A stretch of 64,000 nucleotides of DNA from Octopus bimaculoides (Eukaryota), in NCBI RefSeq assembly GCF_001194135.2, contig NC_068996.1, positions 2,535,329 to 2,599,328 on the forward strand, given 5' to 3'. Of this stretch, positions 1-9,400 are shown piece after piece. The position numbers and the translations under genes are program-made. The notes under the pieces are model-generated. The model saw nothing but the letters and a program-made list of their open reading frames with translations. It had not been told where the DNA came from and did no database searches. Position 1 is the stretch's first letter. The number at the start of each line of letters is the position of its first letter.

Positions 1-430
1 ATTACTTCCTGTTTGCAGACACATACTTTCGCCAAAAATGTGGTATCGCGATGGGTACCAAAGCTGCACCAGTCCTTGCGAACCTCATAATGGGTTTTTT
101 TGAATTATCACTATATGAAATCTCACGCCAGAAATTTGGACACCTTTTTCACATCTATTTAATGGATAACTGGAAAAGATACTTGGATGGTTGTTTCATC
201 ATATGGAAGGAATCCTATGAAAAACTTCTAGAATTCAAATCTATACTTAACAACATACATCCCAGCATTCAATTCACTATGGAATTCAGCAAACATCATC
301 TCCCTTTTCTTGATCTCTTAATTATAAAAACACCTAATAACCAAATCACAACCAACATCTACCACAAACCTACAGACAAACAACAATACTTCCTTTTTAG
401 CTCATGCCACCCAAAACACACCAAGATAAT
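1..430 (+). mobile_element. Penelope-like element (PLE) reverse transcriptase fragment
   Basis: Frame reads ...GIAMGTKAAPVLANLIMGFFE...WKRYLDGCFIIW...IQFTMEFSKHHLPFLDLLI...IYHKPTDKQQYFLFSSCHPKHTK. These are typical PLE RT motifs (MGxxxxP, RYxDD here RYLDG, FLD, YxKPT, SxHP). The frame breaks at about 430, where an inverted repeat begins. Confidence 0.9.
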
Positions 431-781
431 ATCTACTTTTCCAGTGAAATTCTTCACTGATATCGAAAAGGTGAAAACAAGCAATGTTAATTCTCTAAAT
501 GAAGTATTAACAGTAACTGCACGATAAAGTGTAGTATATTGCCACTTAAGTGTGGCTGACCCCTAGGGGTGGATGTTACTGTTGCTTTTAGCCCCAGGAG
601 GACATCTCCTCCAGCTGGCTTATCGACACACTACTGTGTCCACCTCTAGGGGTCAGCCACACTTAAGTGGCAATATAGTACTCTTTATCGTGCAGTTACT
701 GTTAATACTTCATTTAGAGAATTAACATTGCTTGTTTTCACCTTTTCGATATCAGTGAAGAATTTCACTGGAAAAGTAGAT
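431..781. repeat. 143-bp inverted repeat (431-573 / 639-781) with 65-nt spacer
   Basis: 639-781 is the reverse complement of 431-573; I count 3 mismatches by eye. Confidence 0.95.
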
Positions 782-916
782 ATAAGATTGCCAGGATTTT
801 GTCTCTCTCACCAAGGATCAGTGGCTATCAAACGCCGACAAAGGGAAATAACCCTGAAACCCGGGTCCGTTCGTGCTATAGATCGTGGTGAGAGGGATAA
901 CTTCCCTTGGCAAACA

Positions 917-1034
917 GGACACAGTAGTGTGTCGATAAGCCAGCTGGAGGAGATGTCCTCCTGGGGCTAAAAGCAACAGTAACATCCACCCCTAGGGGTC
1001 AGCCACACTTAAGTGGCAATATACTACACTTTAT
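917..1034 (-). repeat. Third, inverted copy of 524-641 (PLE terminal-repeat-like segment)
   Basis: ggacacagtagtgtgtcgataagccagc...gtggcaatatactacactttat is the reverse complement of 524-641; it is followed by (TA)n. Confidence 0.95.
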
Positions 1035-1057
1035 ATATATATATATATATATATATT

Positions 1058-1295
1058 AGATATAAGAGGAATCAAATGATGTAAAATGCAAGAGAGAGGA
1101 TGCACTGGTGATGCATATAAAAGAGGAAAGCTGTATGTGGAAGTGTTGATTGCTTAAACTAGATGCAGCTTGCAGAAGAGGTAAGCCCAGGAAAGCACAG
1201 GATGAAGTTGTGAAATCTGATCTCATGCTGCTGAATAGATTAAAAAGGACTGACAAGATTGGCAATGTGCTCTGCTGAAGAAGACCTAGCCATTG
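1058..1295 (+). mobile_element. Decayed 3' coding end of an RTE-clade LINE
   Basis: Similar to RTE C-termini at 42840-43015 and 51640-51890 (DIRGIK...RGKPRKAQDEVVKSDL). Confidence 0.55.
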
Positions 1296-1343
1296 CAGCA
1301 AAAATAATATCCTAAAACAAACTTGGATATATTTTTGCATATG

Positions 1344-1344
<1 letters not shown>

Positions 1345-1436
<92 letters not shown>
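1345..1436. repeat. (CT)n microsatellite
   Basis: Direct reading; source of the SLSLSL ORF. Confidence 0.98.
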
Positions 1437-1439
<3 letters not shown>

Positions 1440-1759
1440 CTACCCCCATTTAGCTTTTGCCCCACATCTCATCACCTAACATCCCCCACCTTTCTCCAGC
1501 ATCTCACCACCACTTCTGTCTTCTTCCCAGCTTTCCAACCACTCAGCCTTGTATCTCTATCACAAGCTATCTAGGTTTGTTCTTGCTGCACCTTTATAAC
1601 TTCTCAACACCTGGGATAGATCCCCTCTCAAACACTCCCTGCCTCAAATATAGTCATGGGGATTTTTGTTTTGTTTTCTCCTTTATTTTCCATTCCCTGC
1701 TCTTTTTCTTTCTTCCTGTTCCTTAGCAACTTTGTTAATGCTGATTCCACAAAAAGAGC

Positions 1760-1870
1760 ACCCAGTGCACTTTGTAAAGTGGATTGGGGCTTGGTGCAAC
1801 TCTGTGGCTTGCCAAATTCTATCAAACGGGTCCAACCTAGGCGAGCATGTTGGTGATGATGATGATGATA
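1760..1870 (+). mobile_element. Short (GAT)n-tailed repeat (RTE 3' end family)
   Basis: aaaagagcacccagtgcac...ccaacctaggcgagcatgttggtgatgatgat; same family as 6462-6665 and 15300-15767. Confidence 0.6.
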
Positions 1871-2206
1871 AGGATAGATAGGCATGTACAATTATATTTA
1901 ACATGTCTTCAAACATTTGAATGGCAAAATACAAACTCTGTAGAAATTGTCTTGAGAGAAAATTCTCTTAATAGATAAATGTGGAAAATACTCTTTTGAG
2001 CTGTGAATGATATTATTGAGTTGTAGGTTGCCTGCATTTCTGCATCTTTTGTGTTATCATCTACAGGTATTTAGCAATCTTTTCTAGCCACTAAAAATAG
2101 CTTGTTCTTATACTAGAAATGCAGATATTACGCAAACATATATTTATACAAACACACACACACATACACATATAGACACATGCACGTGCACACACACACA
2201 TATATA

Positions 2207-2429
2207 CAAGGAGTTGCTGAAAAATGTTCTTGACCTTAAGGGTATTGTGAAAGGCCTGGTCAGATGCCCAACGCTCCAAGTTCTGTTATAGGGCTTAGAA
2301 AAACCGAAGTACCACTACAATAAGTGTGTGAATCCAAGAGGAGGATATGTTGCATAAAATCATAATCAATTGATACCTCTCGTATTTTCTTTTAACCCAA
2401 ACCAGGAACTTTTCAGCCCCATCCCCTTG
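2207..2429. mobile_element. Mariner-type MITE
   Basis: TA|caaggagttgctgaaaaatgttcttg ... ccaggaacttttcagccccatccccttg|TA; imperfect TIRs and TA TSD; related to 21775-21959 and to the TIR at 51949. Confidence 0.7.
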
Positions 2430-2699
2430 TATATTTGCATATATGCACATAAATACACACTCATGTATGTATCTATGCATGTATGCATTAATACATGTGC
2501 ATGTGTGCACACCCTCATACATGTTTGTTTTTGTGCATGCATTCATACAGATATTCTTATAAAGTTACACACTCATTCACACATATATACACCTCGCTAC
2601 TCTGGCTATCCTTCCACCCCTTTGGTTTGAGGAAAGCTTTGTCAAGCTGGAAGTAGCTAACTGGAGCTGCACTATACAGCAATAAATCAAATACAGGTG

Positions 2700-3020
2700 C
2701 GTACAATTATGTTTAGGATGTTCATATACACTTAGACATGAAAATATATTGCTGAAATTTTCTCAAGAGAAAAATTCTCTTCATGGACAATATGAGGAGT
2801 CTGGGTTTTCATCATGTACAAAAGGGTCAACAGATCAAATTATCACTTTGGGAAATGTTCTGAAACAAAATTGGAGTGACCCGTTGTGAATTATCTCTTA
2901 GTATGTAGATTCTGCAACAGTTTCTGCATTTGTCAGTCACAGAGCACTCCTGGGATATCCTGATTGCAGACAGACTCTCTATGAAGCTGGTGCATGAAAC
3001 TTTAGTTTGCATAGATTTAG
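2700..3020 (+). mobile_element. Highly decayed LINE RT fragment (RTE-like)
   Basis: QYEESGFSSCTKGSTDQIITLGNVLKQ...YVDSA resembles the RT consensus QxGFRxGRSTxDQIFTLRxILEQ...FVDF. Confidence 0.5.
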
Positions 3021-3157
3021 GTTGAATAACAGAAGAAAATGTAATCTGTTTTGATGCCTTTATATACATCACATTTATCTACAAATTGTTGTTATTATAT
3101 TGCATATATACTACATAAGTATATATTTTTGATATTTCAAGTAGTGATACTTACCTT

Positions 3158-3188
<31 letters not shown>

Positions 3189-4364
3189 AAGAGAAATAGT
3201 TGGAGGAGGGGAATACACCTTATATTGAACGCTTATAGAAATATCTTTCAAGAAACATTCTTCTTGCAAGCTTTCAATTGTTTCCAATATATTTGTTTAT
3301 TTATTTAATTTTTGACTGTCTCCTTCTTCTGTCAGTGTTTGGTTTCAAAGCCCAGTATTTTAACTCACTGTTCTGTCTGGGATGGAGCTCAACTGGAAGC
3401 CCCTAATAGCATTTTTATCTTCATTCCTCCTATTTTTGAACTTTAGAGATCAAAGTCTGATTGAGTTTATTGCAGCATCAGTAAAACTACATCACGGCAT
3501 TCATTCCTGCTCTTTATGCACTGGTTTCAAATCCTGCTTTTTTGAAAGCAGAATATAAAGAGGTCAGCTTGCCCTTTCATCTTTCAGGGTTGACAGAATA
3601 CGGTCAAGTCGTAGGATCAGTAGTATCACTTATCTACCCCTTCCCTCAAAATTGCTAGCCTCTTTCCTTGTTTTTGATACTGTTATCATAATAATGATTT
3701 CAAATTTCGGCACAAAGCCAGCAAGTTTCAGTGTGAGGAGCTGAGTCTATTAAATGGATCACAATGCTCAGTTGGTACTTTACCGACCTTGAAAGGCAAA
3801 GTTGACCCCAGGGGCATAATCCTTATTCAAATTCTGGAACAAGCTCAATAGTTTTAGATGGGGTGGATAGTCGGTTTCATTAACTCAAGTGCTGATGTGG
3901 TACTTATTTTATCAACCCACAAAAGATGAAGGGAAAAGTTGATTTTAGTGGCTTTTGAATTCAGAAAGTAAAGAACCTATAGAAATATTGGTTTCACATT
4001 ATGGCAGAAAGCCAGCAATTTTGGCAATGTGTGGTAATTCGCTTATGTCGATCCCAGCTTATGTTGTTGACTCCAAAAGGATGACAGTCAATGTTGACCT
4101 TGACGGAATGTAAAGATGGACAAAATGCCATTAAGCATTTTGTCCGACATGCGAAGGAATCTACCAGCTTGCCACATTAACCTTAAGAAATATTAATATG
4201 CATTTTTTCTTGTGTGTTACCGATTCTGCCATTATTTGAATGATAACAATGACAATAGTAATAATCATGTTGTAATTCTGCTTGCCACTCCATTAGTACA
4301 TTAGCGTGTGCCTTATGCCCTGTTGGGCACTTATCACTAAAAACTGCTACTATTATTAAAACCG

Positions 4365-4556
4365 GTGAACTTCAGACGAAATGTTTTGTGGTATTTCATC
4401 TGTCTTTACATTCTGAGTTCAAATTCCACCAAGGTCGATTTTACCTTTCATTCTTTCAGGGTTCATAAAATAAATGCCAGATGGGCACTGGAGTTGATGT
4501 ATTTGACCAGCACCCTCTTTACAAAAATGTCAGACCTTGTGCTTATAGGGGAAAGG

Positions 4557-4609
<53 letters not shown>

Positions 4610-5040
4610 GGCAGTGAACTGGCAGAATTGTTAGCCTGCCAGATAAAAAGCTTAGTGGTATTTCATTCTTTTCATTCTTTTAGGGTCGATAAATTAAGTA
4701 CCAGCGAAACACTGGGTTCGATGTAATCAACTAGTCCCCTCTCACAAAATTTCAGACCTAGTGCCTATAGTAGAAAGGATTATTATTATTATTATTTTTA
4801 TTATTGTTTTTATTATTAAGTCAGGGAGCTGGCAGAATTGTGAACACACCTGGCAGAATGCTTAGGAGGATTTTGATAATCTTTACATTCTGAGTTCAAA
4901 TTCCACTGAGGTTGACTTTATGTTTCATCCTTCTGGGCTTGAAAAAATAATTACTAGTTGAATATTGGGGTTGATGTAATTGACTTACCCCTTCTCCCTG
5001 AACTTGCTGGCTTTGTGTCAAAATTTGAAACCATTATTAT
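4365..5040 (+). mobile_element. Three head-to-tail copies of an (ATT)n-tailed SINE
   Basis: Units at about 4365-4607, 4610-4815 and 4820-5040. They share ctggcagaattgt (units 2, 3), tctgagttcaaattcc (units 1, 3) and tttcat(t/c)cttt..ggg motifs, and each ends in (TTA)n. Further copies lie at 3460-4190. Confidence 0.8.
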
Positions 5041-5044
5041 TATT

Positions 5045-6420
5045 TTATTGTCTTTGCACAGCTCCTAACGTTGGAGATGTACTACAGTGTCAGTTGTTCA
5101 CTACTAGTGAACTAAGCTAACACCCTTTATTTTATGAGCACCATCCAAATGGTTCTAAGCAGTGCTGTTTCCTGCAAGTGCTCCACCCTTATTGCAGCCC
5201 CTACTTGTTCCATGTACTTCTCAAGAGTTTTACTCACTGTTCCCAGGGCTCCGACAATTATTGGTACTACTACCAGTTTTACAGTCACCACAACTGCTTA
5301 ACCTCCCAAGCTAACCTGTCATATCTATTGACTTCTCTTTCTTCCTTATCGCATACCTTGTTGTCAGCTGGGCATGCTATATCTATGATCCAGCATAGTT
5401 TGCTTTCTCTCTCAATTAACACTGTCTGGCTTCCTATTTTCTGTCTCATGATTGCTCTGAAGCATAAACTCCCATAGGATCTCTGCATTATCATTTTTGA
5501 TAATGCCTTCAGGTTTGTGGTTGTACCAATTTTTTACTCTGTCAAGTCCATACTTGTTGCAAAGTGTCCAATGAACAAGCCTGGTTATATTGTCGTGGCG
5601 TCTCTTATAATCCTTCTGGGCTAGTGGTGTACATTGGTTGGTAATATGCCATACAGTTTCACCGTTTTGTCCACAGATTCTGCGTTTATCACTTCCTGAT
5701 GTGTTGTCTATTCTGTATTTTATGTAATTCATTCTTAATGCTTGCTTTTTGGCAGCACAGATTAGAGCCTCCGTTTCTGGTTTTTAATCACTTTTAGTCA
5801 TCCATAGCCATCTTTTTCTCTGTCTGTCTTATCTTCAACATCCCTATGAAATTGACCATGCATTCTTTTCTTTATCCACCTATTTTCAGTCATTCATTCT
5901 CAAGTGCTTGTACAGATCTTTATCTTTGCAATCTTTCATCCTACATAAGCCTGACCGTCTTACTTCCAATAATAGTGGTTCTGTGGAATTTTTTACATGC
6001 TATGCTATGTTGTTTTCTTCTGCTCTAATGCTGTGTTCACATCCAATAAGTCCTCTTCTCCCTCTTTTTCTTGGTCCATACAGTCTGTCTGTCTCACTTT
6101 TTGGGTAGAGTGACCCATGTCTAGTTAGTAACTTCCTTGTCTTTCTGTCTAAACTGTTTAGTTTGTCTACTGTCCATGCGATTACCCCGGCTCCATATCT
6201 AAGGAATGAAACTGCCCAGGTGTTGATAGTTTCAATCTTATTCCGCCCATTTAATTTCGACTTAAGGATCCGTCTCAGTCTGTGCATGTACTCAATCTTA
6301 AATTTTTCTGTCATTTCTTTCTCCATCAATTTATCCATTTCCAAAATCCTCAAGTACTTATAGCCCATCTCTCCTATCTACTTCATAACCTCCCCCGATG
6401 GTATCAATAGCCTGTCCATA
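5045..6420 (-). mobile_element. 5'-truncated R4/Dong-type (RLE-endonuclease) LINE, frameshifted
   Basis: Minus-strand pieces YKYLRILE...KSKLNGRNKIETINTWAVSFLRYGAG; CCHC knuckle RRICGQNGETVWHITNQC; YKRRHD; RKPD...WIIDIACPAD (PD..D nuclease). TTA repeats at both ends. Confidence 0.9.
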
Positions 6421-6461
6421 CATTATTATTATTATTGTTATTATTGTTGTTGTGCAAGTAA

Positions 6462-6627
6462 AAAGCACCCAGTGCACTCAGTTAAGTGGTTGGTATTAGG
6501 AAGGGCATCCAGCCAGAGAAACTCTGCTACAACAGGTAATTGGAGTCTGACCAGCTCCCCAGCTGGCCAGCTCATGAAAAACTGTCCAACTCATGCCAGC
6601 ATGGAAAATGGATGTTAAGCAATAATA

Positions 6628-6665
<38 letters not shown>
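6462..6665 (+). mobile_element. (GAT)n-tailed repeat (RTE 3' end family)
   Basis: aaaagcacccagtgcactc...ttaggaagggcatccagc...catgccagcatggaaaatggatgttaa followed by (GAT)n. Confidence 0.8.
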
Positions 6666-7819
6666 CACTTGCATAAATATATGATAGTGGTAGTAGTGGT
6701 GATTGTGAAAGGGGTGGCAGCAGCAACAATTGTTTCTAAGACATTTAAAAAAAAAAATTTAGTTGAATAATATTTGAGTGCATTGGGTGTTACATATTTT
6801 TTTTACGCAAAATCCTTGAATGTAAATAGGAGCAAGATGGATGGTTGTCAGCACTTTTTCTCTTGGGGTTGAAGAACTATAACTTCAGTATAACTAATAT
6901 TATTTTTACAATAATCATATATAGTTACACTTCTCTGTAGAGATACTCACATATTAAAATATCTATATTTACACACGCATGCATTTTAAAATTCTTGTTT
7001 TCTTAGGTTTTTTTTTTTGTACAGAAAGTTTACAATTTCATCAATCACCATAAAAAAAAAAAAGCAAAAGGTCCCAGTATGATAAGCAAGCACTTGTTAC
7101 AATTATGTTTCTGAAGTATATGATGAATATGAAGGAAATAATAAAATTGTATCCCATGAAGGAGTTGGAGTTTTATTTTCTAGATCTACTCGTTGCATGG
7201 GTGTGTGTGTAACTTTGAATGTAGTCTTGGGAAAAATGTAGGTTCTGTTTCAATACGACAATTATAAAACTTTGAATGTTAGAAACATATCACTTTTATC
7301 AGAGTTTAGAGTTTTGAAGCTCACTGATATATTTCATATGCATTACCCCCTTTAATATGTATATACATCGCTTGGAGTTGTAGTCTTATGGTTAAAACAG
7401 AACCTGGTGAGCCATGGACCAAATCTATGGATGGAGTAAGGTTTTAATCAGATAGGTGATATAATAGTGAAATTATATGATAAATAGACTCATAATATCT
7501 TAGAGATAGGCTTGAAAGAATGGGGGGGGGGTTAAAATAAGAAACAGTATGTGGTAATTAGAAGGGAAGTTAGACATTAGGTATACTTATCAAGAAAGAA
7601 GTCTAGTGTTTTTTTTTCATGTTGGTAACACATGGGTTAGAGGCCTGAGCTGCCCTGGTTTGTAAGACAATGAGTCTGAATATCATTGTTGAAAATGGTA
7701 TTAGTACACTCATTGACACTAATATTTGAGAAGGCAGCATGGAAATACAAGAGGATACAGAAGGAAGAGAATATATAGGAGATAAAAGAATTATCCTAAG
7801 CAAACCCAATAAATAAACC

Positions 7820-9090
7820 AGCTATTAAAAGTGATGGCTGAAATTTCATTGGAGGACATGAAAGTAAGAAAAGCAGGTGAATGACCGAAGATAGTTGTTG
7901 AGATGTTGAATATATCCTTTGAACTAAGGTATGCATCTACCACTTAGTCAGGAAATATAAATGAAGATCATTTCCAATAACTGATTTAGTATTACCATTA
8001 TCAGTTACTGGAAGTGTGAAAGTGATGTTTTTTAAAAGAAGTAACCACAGAAATTTAAAACTATTGAAGCCAGTTAATAAAGAAAGAGCTGTAGTACAAG
8101 TAATTAGAGAAAAACAATTAACTTAGATAGAATACCATTTTTGTTTGTGCCATGATGCCACTGGTCCTCTTTTTGAGGCAAGTATAAAAGTTCTTAGCAA
8201 GGAACTAATCTTTGATGACTTGCAGAGTATTGTACCATGTAGTTAGGTTTGTCACAGATGAATGGTTTGTGTGCATTGTACAGGTATGTTGTCAGCAAGG
8301 TGAGTGAGCAATATCAAAATTTGACTCACCTGATCATAAAAGAAAAGTATAAACTGGTACACCATGAAACTTGAATGCTGGTGACATAATTCTCCTAACA
8401 GACAGGAAATAAAACTTACGGTTGAGAGGTTTCAATGTGAACTGACAAAAGTTTTAGTTACAGAAAGACAGGATCCTGATGCCATGTGGGGAGTGACCAA
8501 TTTCAATATGCAGAAATCGAGTAGGTAGGAATTCCATGTGTTACATCCAGTATAAGCTATGATTGTACAAGAGATATTATGGGATCACAGGCTGACTGAT
8601 AGAGAAATAAGATTTCATGTCTAAAAGAGTAGTTAGCATTGAGAACTCAAATTCATCCAAATGTTTGGTAGAGATCCCTAAAAGTAATTGACAGCTTTTG
8701 TATTGAAAGCATAATAACCTAATTTCAGGGAACTATCACCCTTGTATGTAACATAAAGATTCTTTCTCCAAATGAGGGACTGATTATTTTAATCTCATGA
8801 ATGAAGTAAGGTGTTGCATGATAACAAACAATGGGTGTTGAATATAAATGTTGTATGAAAATTGAAGCAAAATGGAGTAACTGCCATTCAATGTGTAATA
8901 TTAATAAGCACAAACAATGAATCAGACATATGTATAAGAGTAATTAAATGGAATGTTGAAGACAGAAGACTAAGTTGCTACAGATATTTGATACAGTAAA
9001 GAAGTGGAAATCATTCTAAAAGAACCTTGCAGAAGAGTAAACCTTGGAAGAAATAGTGAAGGTTAATCTAAGGATGCTGAATATTATAAC
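7820..9090 (+). mobile_element. Heavily decayed RTE LINE RT
   Basis: Recognisable remnants: MAEISLEDMKVRKAG; aatgctggtgacataattctc (for LYADDLVL); acaaaagttttagtt (TKVLV); and a Cys-rich segment paralleling 39040-40035. Confidence 0.5.
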
Positions 9091-9139
9091 ATTACAACAA
9101 GACCCCTATCATTTGCAGGTTACATTGAAACCATGCAAG

Positions 9140-9400
9140 CATACAAAAATAGTCCCAAAATAATCTTTTCTACTCTAGGTACAAAGCGTGAAATTTTGTG
9201 GGAGGGGGCTAGTCGATTAGATCAACCTCAGTACGCAACTGGTACTTAATTTATTGACCCCCCCCCCCCGACAGGATGAAAGGCTAAGTCAGCCTCAGTG
9301 GAATTTGAACTCAGAACATAAAGACAGATGAGTTACTGTTAGGCATTTCGCCTGGTGTGCTAATATTTCTGCCAGGTCGCTGCCTTCAATAGACCTAAAA
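9140..9400 (-). mobile_element. SINE (ATT-tailed family)
   Basis: Reverse complement of the 4610-4815 type: ggaatttgaactcagaac...aggcatttcgcctggtgtgcta. Confidence 0.7.

Noticed and set aside
1323-1726. SLSL- and His/Ser-rich ORFs (also THTH, YIYI, DDDD and IIII ORFs elsewhere)
   Set aside because: Translations of microsatellites.
8285-8306. Splice-like signals CAG|GTATGT and AAG|GTGAGT
   Set aside because: They fall inside a decayed RTE RT.
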